Shown: positions 1-9,900 of the stretch, in pieces
How positions within the stretch are numbered: the first letter of the stretch is position 1
How the letters are laid out: the number at the start of each line of letters is the position of its first letter
Source: an uncultured virus (IMG/VR IMGVR_UViG_3300029775_000206)
Lineage: Duplodnaviria > Heunggongvirae > Uroviricota > Caudoviricetes
IMG/VR virus record: IMGVR_UViG_3300029775_000206
Span: 1-64,000 of that record
Reading direction: 5' to 3' (one strand)
DNA length: 64,000 nucleotides
The notes under the pieces: generated by a model
What the model saw: only the letters and a program-made list of their open reading frames with translations
What the model was told of the DNA's origin: nothing
Database searches by the model: none
Made by a program: the position numbers and the translations under genes

Positions 1-56
1 GGCGTTTGGGTCAAATTTCGTCCGGCGTTTCCATCATTTCTTTTCCGGCGTTGACA
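1..56. mobile_element. End of an IS21-family-like insertion sequence, running off the window edge
   Basis: Minus strand from 56 reads TGTCAACGCCGG...AAACGCCGG...AAACGCC: a TGT terminus with repeated subterminal ACGCC(GG) motifs. GC content jumps abruptly and the McrB-like ORF stops just inside it. Confidence 0.7.
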
Positions 57-1458
57 GAAGTGCTCTTGAGTCAAATTTAAGATCATTTTCATGAACAAAA
101 TATACACCGAGGCGCTTATCCTCAGCAGATGCCATTTTAGCTTTGTTTCCAACGATAATTGTATTTACAGTTTCACAGAAGCGTTTCCAAGTAACATCAG
201 TATCTAAAATTTCTGCATCAGCCAGCGAAGGACGTACATTGTCAAAGTTATTCTCAATAAGTCTCATCCGCCATCTACGTTGGAACGCAGTATCAAGAGT
301 GAATACATTCTGGTCAGATGTATTCATTGTGCCAATTATAGAAAGGTTGGAAGGGATGCGAACCTTATGTGCTGGATTTCCATAAATAAATTCAGCCATG
401 TATTTATGGGTAATACCATACTCGCTCGTTCCTACTGGAAAACCATCATCGCCATCCTGCATCTCAACTTTTCGATCAAGCAGTTGGAATATCTCTCCAA
501 AAATAGCAGGTGCATTACCACGATTAATTTCCTCAATTATAAGGATGTATTTGCTCATCGGATTGCGATATGCATTAGAAAGAATCGTAGTAAATGGTCC
601 AGGTGTGAATTCATATGTAACTTGTTTATCCTCGTCTACCACAGGCAGAATCTGTCCAACGAAATCTGCATTTGTATAATCTGGATGGAAAACCAAACGA
701 TCAACAATGCTATCTTCGTTGCAATATTCATGCTCAATAGTCCAGCTCTTTCCAGAGCCAGGAACACCATATAGAAGGATATTCTTTCCACCTGTTATTC
801 TATCAGCGTAATCATAATCAATTTCTCCAAGCATCTCTACGTTTACTCTTGTATTAGTTGCTAATTTAAAGAATTGATTATTCAGTTCCTGCAGGCCACC
901 ATCTTCATCAATACCACGATTCGGGATAACGCCATAACACTCATACTCAAATAATTGGTGCTTCTTCAAAATTATTAAATAGGAGCCTGCATGCAATAAT
1001 CTTCTAAAGGCAATAAAGTCTTCCCCATCGAAGTTGATTAGAGATACTTGTATTTGATCAGCTTGTGCTCGTCTTTTACCCCTAACAACAGATGTTACCG
1101 AACGTTTTTTATCAGAGGTAAAAGATATGTTTGAACCTTCACTATTACGGTCAAGATACTCTACATTAGACTTCGTTAAAATCATTGGTACTTGAGTTAT
1201 AAAGTATTTCTTTAAGTCCGCATCTGATTCAGAATCATTGAAGTACCCATCTGACCGAAGATATGGGAAAATATCCATTTGAACTCCAGTTATGGCTATA
1301 TGCGTCTGATTTGTCGTTCTTCCGTCGTCAAGGGTATTAGATGCCTCTAACTTCTTAACGATAATCCCATCATAAACATTTTTATCAATTGTTGTACCTA
1401 TCAAGGCTAAAACGCTTTGAATTCTTTCGATTGCTTCATTAAATGTCATACTCTTCAC
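34..1458 (-). pseudogene. McrB/LlaJI.R1-like AAA+ GTPase restriction subunit, C-terminus truncated by the IS
   Basis: Walker A GVPGSGKS, Walker B IIEEINRG, McrB signature MNTSD..LDTAFQRR. The last residues (STPEKK*) are encoded by the IS end. Confidence 0.8.
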
Positions 1459-1462
1459 CTCA

Positions 1463-2905
1463 TTATAAATAATTTTTAATTACTTCCGCTATAGCTCGAC
1501 CTAAAAGAGGGGGTACTGAATTTCCTATTTGCATATATGTTTTTGTATATGCACCCCGGAAAAAGTAATCATCTGGATATGATTGCACCCTTGCGGCCTC
1601 TCTTGGAGTTAGTCCACGCGCTTGTGTTGGATGTATATACATATTACAGTCAAACTTCATATGAGCCGTTATGGTTTTACATACTTTATTTTCCTCAAGT
1701 TTAAAATACTTATCTTTAAAAATGTCATTTCTTCTACTATAAGGCATGATATCTGCAATCTTAGGATCATCTGATCTATCACCTTGGTTAAGCCTTCCAA
1801 ATATTTCTATATCTCGATCATTATTATACCTAGCCTTATGATTAAACACTATGGGACAGTTTCGATTTTGATTAATAAACTGAATATAATCATTTTCAAC
1901 AACTGAAGTCTTTTTTTCAATTTTCTTTCCTGATATCTCAGAGTCTACTTCTGTAGCATTTTTCTTTCTAGATGCTTCGAGTTCCCTTAATCCAAATAGT
2001 GCATCTGCTAAAACAGTATTAGGAATTGCCTCAGAAAGTCCTTCAATTTCATCGAATAATTCATCGTTATTTATCTCAACTCTATTGCCAATAAAAATTA
2101 GTCTTTCTCGATTTTGTGGCACTCCATAATCCTTAGCGTTTAGTATCCTGCATGAAACTGAATATCCAATGTTCTCAAAATCTTCTATTACTTGAGTGGA
2201 TACAGATTTCATACCTTTCACATTTTCCATTACGAAAAACTTTGGCTGGACCATTGATACAACTTTAACATAACTCTTATAGAGCTTATTACGCGGATCA
2301 TCAATGAGTCGTTGTCTATTAGCCATGCTAAATCCTTGGCATGGTGGGCCTCCCACAACAACATCAACCTCATCAAACCTCTGTAGATTTTCAATATTAT
2401 CAATAACATCATTAATATCACCAAGTATAATGTGTTCCCTAGGTGTTTCCGGATGATTATGTGCATATGTATCTACGCAACAAGGCTCTATGTCATTTGC
2501 TAAACTTGTAATGAAACCGCTTTGTGTAAAGCCTAAAGAAAGACCACCAGCCCCACAAAATAAATCGATCATGACTGGTGCGTTGTGGTCATAATTTTCA
2601 ATACGATTGCGAATATAACTATTACAATACTTGGATATAACACATTCATTACACTTTTGCGTACCACAACAATCATCGTATAATGCTGTAAGTAATTTAC
2701 CTATTTTTTGAGATTTTTTTGCTGACTGTTTAAATATGGAACCACGTCCATCTAAGTATTCGTTACCTACCGCTGAAGCTATATAGTCTAGCACAGTCTG
2801 TGCTTTATTCTTATCAAAATTATAATCCTTATTATAAATAGATGATAATATAGAATTAATTTCTTCTTTATCTTTATTGAAATTGAAACTCTCCATTATG
2901 CCCAT
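1463..2905 (-). CDS. DNA (cytosine-5)-methyltransferase with a Cys-rich N-terminal extension
   Basis: Motifs DLFCGAGG, GGPPCQGFS, ENVKG, QNRER, QIGNSVPP. Confidence 0.93.
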   Translation of the reverse strand: MGIMESFNFNKDKEEINSILSSIYNKDYNFDKNKAQTVLDYIASAVGNEYLDGRGSIFKQSAKKSQKIGKLLTALYDDCCGTQKCNECVISKYCNSYIRNRIENYDHNAPVMIDLFCGAGGLSLGFTQSGFITSLANDIEPCCVDTYAHNHPETPREHIILGDINDVIDNIENLQRFDEVDVVVGGPPCQGFSMANRQRLIDDPRNKLYKSYVKVVSMVQPKFFVMENVKGMKSVSTQVIEDFENIGYSVSCRILNAKDYGVPQNRERLIFIGNRVEINNDELFDEIEGLSEAIPNTVLADALFGLRELEASRKKNATEVDSEISGKKIEKKTSVVENDYIQFINQNRNCPIVFNHKARYNNDRDIEIFGRLNQGDRSDDPKIADIMPYSRRNDIFKDKYFKLEENKVCKTITAHMKFDCNMYIHPTQARGLTPREAARVQSYPDDYFFRGAYTKTYMQIGNSVPPLLGRAIAEVIKNYL

Positions 2906-3828
2906 TCTCCTAATTCTAATAATACATCTTTAATCTTTTCTGCAACTGCTTGCGAAACATTAACAGTAACTGCATTTCCAAATTGCTTATATGCTTGTGA
3001 ATCAGAAACAGGGATTACAAAATCGTCATCAAATCCCTGCAGTCTCGCACATTCACGGGGAGTGAGACGCCTTACTCTACCATTTTGTGTAACATAATTA
3101 TCTTGGCAAGCTCTGTGCATTTTTGCCATAGTTGCACATAACGGTCTTGCTATTTCCAAATCAATTTCTGATTTAGCCTTATATCCACCCGTTCCATTAG
3201 ATAAGATGGTTGGCAATATCCTATCAGATAAAAAATATTTCTGATCAACATTGTGTTCCAATAGATCTTGCAATGTTAAATCAAGCTCCTGCTTTTCCGG
3301 AAACAAAAACTCTGCATTTTCATTTGCAAAACAAACGATATATGTTCTGTTTCTTGTTTGCGGAATACCATAATCAGCTGTATTCAATACATCTGTAAAG
3401 ACCTTATAACCCAAATCTTTTTCTAAGATATTTAAGATTGTTTTGAATGTCCTTCCTTTATCATGGGTGCGTAATGAACGTACATTTTCCAAAACAACTA
3501 CTTTTGGCTTTTCATTTTTATCTATTTTATATTTTATTATTTCTGCTATTCTAAAAAAAAGAGTTCCACGAGCGTCTTCAAAACCTCTTTTTTCACCCAT
3601 CATGCTAAACGGTTGACAAGGGAACCCACCTATTAAGACATCAAAATCTGGCAGTTCCTCAAGAGGGATATCGTTTATATCTCCAAGCACGATGTGGTCA
3701 CCAAAATTCTCCTTATATGTCTGAACAGCATATTTATCAAAATCATTTGCCCATACAATGTCATAGCCAGCATTTTGAAAGCCTTTATCTAAACCCCCAC
3801 ATCCACTAAATAGGGATAGAATTCTCAT
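2896..3828 (-). CDS. DNA (cytosine-5)-methyltransferase
   Basis: Motifs LFSGCGG, GFPCQPFS, ENV, QTRNR, QFGNAV. Confidence 0.95.
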   Translation of the reverse strand: MRILSLFSGCGGLDKGFQNAGYDIVWANDFDKYAVQTYKENFGDHIVLGDINDIPLEELPDFDVLIGGFPCQPFSMMGEKRGFEDARGTLFFRIAEIIKYKIDKNEKPKVVVLENVRSLRTHDKGRTFKTILNILEKDLGYKVFTDVLNTADYGIPQTRNRTYIVCFANENAEFLFPEKQELDLTLQDLLEHNVDQKYFLSDRILPTILSNGTGGYKAKSEIDLEIARPLCATMAKMHRACQDNYVTQNGRVRRLTPRECARLQGFDDDFVIPVSDSQAYKQFGNAVTVNVSQAVAEKIKDVLLELGEWA

Positions 3829-3834
3829 ATTTTA

Positions 3835-4017
3835 TTACTCCTTTCGGGACTTTATATACTCCCGTATCCACGTACCAATTTCAATTGAAGCTTTTTTCCC
3901 TTCGAGAGCCAATAATTCCATGAATTCTTTTTTGATTTCTGGTTCTATGGCTACTTCAATTTTGGCTGTTTTTACTTTACCGGGAGGTCTCCCACATATT
4001 TTTGATTTATTATTCAT
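3835..4017 (-). CDS. Small basic DNA-binding (RHH-like) protein, probable RM controller
   Basis: 60 aa, GRPP motif, GGAG RBS, first gene of the RM operon. Confidence 0.55.
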   Translation of the reverse strand: MNNKSKICGRPPGKVKTAKIEVAIEPEIKKEFMELLALEGKKASIEIGTWIREYIKSRKE

Positions 4018-4151
4018 AAGTGACTCCTCCAGGAATTAATCCTTATTATATAATGATTACATCAGGGTCTAAAATAGTATAGCATAGACTGTAGGAAATT
4101 TCAATCCCCCAAATCGACATGAATTTCGCGGTTAAAGTATGCAAATAGATC

Positions 4152-4255
4152 GTCAACTCAATTCTATTTTTGCAGTAATTCTATCCACTCGCCACATTTT
4201 TGACAGTAATTTCGTCAACTCAGTAGGCAATTAGTAACAATGTCCACTCAACCCT
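4152..4255. repeat. Four degenerate RTCMACTC repeats spaced 31, 31 and 28 bp
   Basis: gtcaactca 4152, atccactcg 4183, gtcaactca 4214, gtccactcaaccct 4242. Confidence 0.6.
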
Positions 4256-4387
4256 GTATTTTCGGGGTTTTAGATATGTTCTTACAATAAAAATATCCGT
4301 GACCTAGAACCCAGCTTGAATATGAGTTCAAAATCACGGAATTCCCTTTATATCAAGCACTTTTTCGCTTTTATTTATCAACCCTTG

Positions 4388-6288
4388 ATAGAGTAGAACA
4401 GTGGGTTTACCACCGTCCCCTCATCAAACCGTACGTGCGATTTTCCCGCATACGGCTTTCCGATATTCTTCTTCCTTCAGCATTCAGCCGCACATATTTG
4501 CTAGTCCTGCCTGTTTAGTCAATTCTCTGACCTTTGCTGCACTTCCTAGCCTATAATTGCGTTGTTTCTTCCGATTGTACCACCGAGTAAACTTGAAATT
4601 TATATACTTATCTATCTTCCATAACCATGGTCTGCTAAATCGTCTGGTATAATAGTTCCTCATGCCAATGATTTTAGGATTGAGTAGCTTCACCATCTCT
4701 TCCATACTTAGCAGCAGCTTGCTAGGACTGTTAAATACCTCTTTTATGTTAGCTCTCATTTTCTTCATAGCCTTCTTAGACGGTATCTGTTGTAGTGTCC
4801 AATACCACTGCCAGTTTTTATTTCTAAAACGCTGAAATCTATTATTGAAGCCAAGAAAATCAAAACTACCTTTACCAAAATACATATCAACCAGTCTTGT
4901 TTTCTCACTGTGAAGCGTTAGTTCCAGTTTTTCCATAATCCACTTCACAGCGCGCAAGGCTTCTTCTGCATGAGATAACCTCTTACACAATATCACAAAA
5001 TCATCTGCATAACGCACTAATTCACCCAGATGTCCAAAGGCTTTATTCCAATACACATCAAAATAATTCAGATATATGTTGGACAATAGTGGAGAAATAA
5101 CTCCACCCTGCGGTGCTCCCAGTATACTTTCACTGTACCATCCGTTTTCCAGCACTCCTGCTTTTAACCAACTATTTATCAGCTTTAATACTCTACGGTC
5201 AGTTATTCTTTGTTTGAGCAACAAAATTAGCTTATCATGGTTGATGCTACCAAAATAATCTTTTATGTCAGCATCTATTACCCATAGTGCACCACCTTTG
5301 TCGGACACTTCAAATATCCTGTCCATTGCTTGTTTAGCACTTCGTTTCGGTCTAAATCCATACGAACAGGGTTGAAAATCTGCTTCAAACACCGGCTCTA
5401 TCACTATCTTTGCCGCCATCTGTACTATTCTGTCCTTAATCGTAGGTATCCCCAATGCTCTTTTTCTACCATCTGGTTTTGGAATATAGCTTCGTCTGAC
5501 AGGCTTACACCGGTACTTCCCAGTCCTCAATTCTTCCGCTATTTCGCCCAGTAGTTTTTCTTCACCGTACGTTTTCACATCATCAATGCTGACTTTGTCA
5601 ATACCGCCTGTTCCACCATTCTGTTTTACCCGTTTCCATGCTTCTTCTAAGATATCATTACGGTATATCTTGTCATACAACGCATAGAACTTTCTCTTTC
5701 GGTCAGCTTTGGCTGTAAGGTATAGTCTGTTTTGGAAGTCTCGTACTTTTTCATGGGTGTTTATAGCTTTTTCGGCAATCACCGGCACCTACCTCCTTTA
5801 CAGACTTGAATAAAGTTGTGCCCCTTCCCTATGCACAGTTTTGTTGTCTGTACAATCCTTGGTACTATGAGCACTTCTGACTGCCTCTTTGCAGAAAGCA
5901 ACTTCGCTTTTGCTTATATGCTTCCTCTTTACAGTTTCCTGTGCAAAGTAGGCTCTCTCCAGTTCCGACAAATACTTTCCTGACGTGTCGTTACCTCTAC
6001 ACCGCAGGGTTCTTAGGTATTGCATTTAGGGTTCTTCATACCGTCTTCTGTCTTTGCTGTTGATGTCGCAGCTCGACTCCCTGTTGTTTCCTTTCGGAAA
6101 TGTAAATAACGGTGCGGCAGTATTCACTTTATGTTACAACCCGCCAGTTTGCCTGCTCCTTACGGAACATTCCGTAACGCTTCAACGCATAGATTACACC
6201 ATACGCTGGTTACTGACTAAGTGGCTGCCCTACCTTTACCACTGCAGGACTTTCACCTGCTAGCATTTGCCAGCTTAGCTGGACGCAC
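4388..6288 (-). mobile_element. Complete group II intron (~1.9 kb)
   Basis: 5' GTGCG at 6288; domain V GAAAGCCGTATGCGGGAAAATCGCACGTACGGTTT; domain VI ending ...CTACTCTAT at 4388; EBS1 loop ACATCAA (~6060-6066) complementary to the exon end TTGATGT. Confidence 0.92.
4484..5788 (-). CDS. ltrA: Group II intron reverse transcriptase/maturase without endonuclease domain
   Basis: RT0 region, RALGIPTIKDR, PQGGVISP, YADD, thumb/X domain; 434 aa, no HNH domain. Confidence 0.95.
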   Translation of the reverse strand: MPVIAEKAINTHEKVRDFQNRLYLTAKADRKRKFYALYDKIYRNDILEEAWKRVKQNGGTGGIDKVSIDDVKTYGEEKLLGEIAEELRTGKYRCKPVRRSYIPKPDGRKRALGIPTIKDRIVQMAAKIVIEPVFEADFQPCSYGFRPKRSAKQAMDRIFEVSDKGGALWVIDADIKDYFGSINHDKLILLLKQRITDRRVLKLINSWLKAGVLENGWYSESILGAPQGGVISPLLSNIYLNYFDVYWNKAFGHLGELVRYADDFVILCKRLSHAEEALRAVKWIMEKLELTLHSEKTRLVDMYFGKGSFDFLGFNNRFQRFRNKNWQWYWTLQQIPSKKAMKKMRANIKEVFNSPSKLLLSMEEMVKLLNPKIIGMRNYYTRRFSRPWLWKIDKYINFKFTRWYNRKKQRNYRLGSAAKVRELTKQAGLANMCG

Positions 6289-6443
6289 ACATCAATACGA
6301 CCGTCTCAACGTGGCTTGAGAGGACAGAACGAATGTCTTTCGAGCCGTCGGTTCTCGGAAACATATCCACTACATTTTTTGCACTATCGGTAGACGGGAA
6401 CATATCGACATAAAAATATGTAAACACACTCTTTGCGTTTAAA

Positions 6444-7886
6444 TCAATCTTTAATGTATTCAGAATTCATTATGCAAATCATATACAATACAGATGGCAG
6501 TATACCTTCCTGCAATGCAATATAACTTATACTTGCACCTTGCTGCAAAAAACCTTTCTCATCTGTTGTAGTATGGAGAGGATTCCTTTTATGCATATCT
6601 TCCCTTACCAGTTTGCACAATCGTTTCATTTCAAATTGAGGTATCTGATTTACTTTCTTTATAATAGTCTCCTTAGAAATAACATCATCAGATAATGCAT
6701 TAAATATATCTATAAATTTCTCAAAATCTTGACTTGGCAATTCGTAATTGCAATTATAGTGCTTTGCTTTGCAATTTAATCTTCCCCATAATATATCTAC
6801 TTTTTCACATTGGAATATCTTCTTTGGAAAATGTGTCTCAATAAACGCTCTGTCTTTTTCATCATAATAGTAAAAAATTACTTTTGTTAGTTTTTTATTA
6901 TTTAGTATGGCATCAAAAATATGTGCATCATTGTTTGGTGACATCCCAATAAGAATCAATTCTCCTTCTATTTTACTGAAATCTTCAAAATGGTATTCTG
7001 TTGCCATGCTCAATTCCGGATGTGAAATCTTCGTCATAATCATGCTATATTCTAGAGGTTTTTCTTCTTTTAACCTTTCTACCTGTTGTTTGAATGTCTC
7101 ATCATTCGCATATCTATCAGCAAAATTTTCAGCCTCCTGAATTAAGCGATGACTATCACTTATAACTTTATATTTTAGTCTACCACTATAATTCAAAAGA
7201 GCATTACAAAAACAATGTTTCATATCTTCGAAAGCAACTGTTTCTCCAGCCATCTTTCTGATATACCCCAAAACATTATTTTCATTTTCGCTATTTGCTA
7301 AAACTGAAAAATCGCCATGAAGATGATAAACTTCTTTCTGAGTTAAATTCTCAATATTATTATCATAATTCAAGGTATATATATTATCAAAGGATTGGAA
7401 ATAGCGTCTAACCTTTTTATTTTGTTTCATTTTCTTATAAATTTCTTGAATTTTACCACTATTAAAGATTGCATCCAGTATTAAACGTTCGAATCCTTGT
7501 ATTGCAGATTGTCTATTTTCCTCCAAGTCGAAATTCTTCAAGAAGAACATATGAACAACAAAAAACCAATCTTCGAGCATTATATCATATGCATTCTCTA
7601 TAGTTGTATCATAGCGACCTTTAAAATCCTTTAATGCATCCAAAGTATCATCATCTGTAGCAAAAGAATCATACTCGCCTTTACGAATTTTATTAGCTTC
7701 TTCAACAAAATTTTCTAATAAATTGACTATCTCATTACCTGTAAGTTTATTCCCAAACAACTCATTATAACTATCAAGTTTAGCTCGATATTTTATTCTC
7801 TTCATAATAAAATTACTACTGTATGCAATCCCACCAAATTGAATATTAATACCATTGCCTAATAATAAATTTTTCAAAATATACAT
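6444..7886 (-). CDS. SIR2-like/AbiH-like putative defence protein
   Basis: LLLGNG near the N-terminus, TLNYD, HLHG and LIGMS motifs in SIR2-like order. Confidence 0.6.
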   Translation of the reverse strand: MYILKNLLLGNGINIQFGGIAYSSNFIMKRIKYRAKLDSYNELFGNKLTGNEIVNLLENFVEEANKIRKGEYDSFATDDDTLDALKDFKGRYDTTIENAYDIMLEDWFFVVHMFFLKNFDLEENRQSAIQGFERLILDAIFNSGKIQEIYKKMKQNKKVRRYFQSFDNIYTLNYDNNIENLTQKEVYHLHGDFSVLANSENENNVLGYIRKMAGETVAFEDMKHCFCNALLNYSGRLKYKVISDSHRLIQEAENFADRYANDETFKQQVERLKEEKPLEYSMIMTKISHPELSMATEYHFEDFSKIEGELILIGMSPNNDAHIFDAILNNKKLTKVIFYYYDEKDRAFIETHFPKKIFQCEKVDILWGRLNCKAKHYNCNYELPSQDFEKFIDIFNALSDDVISKETIIKKVNQIPQFEMKRLCKLVREDMHKRNPLHTTTDEKGFLQQGASISYIALQEGILPSVLYMICIMNSEYIKD

Positions 7887-7901
7887 CCCCCATTACTGCT
7901 A

Positions 7902-8342
7902 TTAATCTTCATCACAATCCTGCAAACCATCAAACACTAACAACTGTTCTATGGGTAAACATTTCCTTAAAAATAGAGTTAAATCCATACCTCCAACAGC
8001 TACTCCACCACAAAGTGAACCTTTGGAAATATACTCTTCATCTTCAGTATCTGTAATAACCATTTCCCAATTGCCTATATCTGTCGCATAGCAAACCAGT
8101 TGGTCACTATTTAAGTACTGTGAAAAAAGTTCCAGTATCTCCTTTGCTACAGGTTTCCCGATAGCAAACTGTTGTCTTCTACAAATCTCAAAATGGTCAA
8201 ACCCATTGGCATACTTATATCCTGTAAACCATACTCTACCAATAGCAGATATAGTCAAATGCTGTTCCACTTCATCTTCAGGAAGTGGTTCTGGACCATA
8301 GCATATATTATTAGATACAATTCTTATTTTTTGTATCTGCAA
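7902..8342 (-). CDS. Hypothetical protein
   Basis: 146 aa ORF with RBS inside a tightly packed operon. Confidence 0.6.
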   Translation of the reverse strand: MQIQKIRIVSNNICYGPEPLPEDEVEQHLTISAIGRVWFTGYKYANGFDHFEICRRQQFAIGKPVAKEILELFSQYLNSDQLVCYATDIGNWEMVITDTEDEEYISKGSLCGGVAVGGMDLTLFLRKCLPIEQLLVFDGLQDCDED

Positions 8343-8354
8343 TCAAAACACCTC

Positions 8355-8825
8355 CTAAATCTCGTTCAATATTTCTTTCATTCGGTCAATCATATAATCC
8401 TTCTCAGTATCTATTGGCCCATTGCTTTCTTGTAAGTCATTAATGTAAGATTCTATAATATCCTTAGAGTTTACAAAGCTTATATTTTTGGATGAATTGC
8501 TGAGGATAACTTGTGCATCAATATAAGCACTTATGCTATTAATCACAATATTTAACAACTTTTCCGCCTGTTCAGTATTTCCGTTTTTCATTGCTTCCTT
8601 TGCGGAAAAACTTAATGAACGTATATCTTCTCCCCATATTGCATACCTTGACGGAGTTGCTTTGCAATTTTCATCACACGAGTCAAAAATTGCCCTTTCA
8701 AATCTGTCCATGACCATTTCTTCACTGTCGTTTTCTTTTACTCTCTCAATAATAATCGGATTCTCTGAACCCCGATATTTATAAAAACTTATGATAGCTC
8801 TCATTAAGGCTTCCATCCGTGCCAA
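8355..8825 (-). CDS. Hypothetical protein
   Basis: 156 aa operonic ORF. Confidence 0.6.
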   Translation of the reverse strand: MARMEALMRAIISFYKYRGSENPIIIERVKENDSEEMVMDRFERAIFDSCDENCKATPSRYAIWGEDIRSLSFSAKEAMKNGNTEQAEKLLNIVINSISAYIDAQVILSNSSKNISFVNSKDIIESYINDLQESNGPIDTEKDYMIDRMKEILNEI

Positions 8826-8854
8826 TATCCATCACACCCTTCTTCCGTAACTAT

Positions 8855-9853
8855 TTAATACTTCTTTGGAAATTTTTTTTTTCCAAGTTGCCATAGGTAC
8901 TTATCTATATCTTTAAGGTTATATGGCTCAAGATCATAGAACCTACTGAATTTCAGTAAAATGTTTTTGAACTTAACATAGTCCTTTAGGTCGTCATTGC
9001 TAAATCTATAAAACCCATCAACATCCCTAAAATAGCGAAGAAGCCTATCTACATAACTGTCATAGATAGGAAAGTCCAAAGGCTTATGATGGCTGCAATA
9101 TTTTGTTGCAAAGGAATAAAAATTTTTCACCGTACCGTTATCCATATTGACTCTGGCAATATCATTTACTAAAGTTACATCACCCGCCATCAGCCTTTCA
9201 TCAATATCTAAATTGATGATGTGTTTTGCGACCTTAAATGGAGAGAATATGTTGGTGCTGTAAAAGTCATTCAAGGCTGAAACTTTTATAAGAACGTCGT
9301 CGATATCTTTATTATTGGGATATGTCCGGTAAAAGAGTTTATCTAAGGCGCTTTCCTGTAATGCATAGTTTTCTAGCTGATCCCAAGCCAATAAGTATTT
9401 AGTCACTTCCTCACAGCTTGGCTGCGGAACTTCCGGTCTTGCAGCTTTCTTCTTGTAAGTAGTTGCAGAATCCTTATTAATAGTTACATATTCAACCTCG
9501 TTGGGTTGGTTTGCCTGAGCAAATTCTATGTAGCTACCCACACTTCCATAGGTATTATCTAAAAATTCCTTAAAGATTTTGAATGTGCGCATATAGCCAT
9601 AAGAATCTCTTTTGGGGTCTTTATGGGATTGCTCATTAGTAAACTTAATTTCTAATAATTCACGCGCTTTTCTTAATGAATTCTCACCGATAAATACATC
9701 CCAGAAATCCATGCCAATATCATGGCGATAAGGATAGAAAGCATCACTATAAATTACACTTTTATCTTTCAGGTGTTCATAATTATCATTGAGGTATTTC
9801 TTAAATTGTTCTCGTAGTGCCTTTATATGTGAACTTCTTATTTTATCCATCAA
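8855..9853 (-). CDS. Hypothetical protein; C-terminal half resembles an HhH glycosylase-like fold
   Basis: SFATKYCSHH-P---PIYDSYV and DKYLW motifs; strong AGGAGG RBS. Confidence 0.5.
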   Translation of the reverse strand: MMDKIRSSHIKALREQFKKYLNDNYEHLKDKSVIYSDAFYPYRHDIGMDFWDVFIGENSLRKARELLEIKFTNEQSHKDPKRDSYGYMRTFKIFKEFLDNTYGSVGSYIEFAQANQPNEVEYVTINKDSATTYKKKAARPEVPQPSCEEVTKYLLAWDQLENYALQESALDKLFYRTYPNNKDIDDVLIKVSALNDFYSTNIFSPFKVAKHIINLDIDERLMAGDVTLVNDIARVNMDNGTVKNFYSFATKYCSHHKPLDFPIYDSYVDRLLRYFRDVDGFYRFSNDDLKDYVKFKNILLKFSRFYDLEPYNLKDIDKYLWQLGKKKFPKKY

Positions 9854-9900
9854 ATTTTACCTCCTCCTTGCATAAAAAGGTGCCTGATTAAATCTATCTA

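Larger units (their letters stand above)
4371..6337 (-). other. Left attachment junction with rlmD 3'-end replica (HVETVVLMSRVDK*), split by the group II intron
   Basis: Joining 6313-6289 to 4387-4371 gives CAC GTT GAG ACG GTC GTA TTG ATG TCA AGG GTT GAT AAA TAA. The 17-bp core 6305-6321 is identical to 61848-61864. Confidence 0.85.

Noticed and set aside
4152..4255. CRISPR array
   Set aside because: Repeats are only 9-14 bp and degenerate, and no cas operon is present.
4484..5788. RT as a retron, DGR or defence RT
   Set aside because: It lies inside a recognisable group II intron with GTGCG, domain V/VI and EBS1; no TR/VR pair was seen.
5798..6263. Short ORFs upstream of the RT
   Set aside because: They fall within the structured intron RNA domains.
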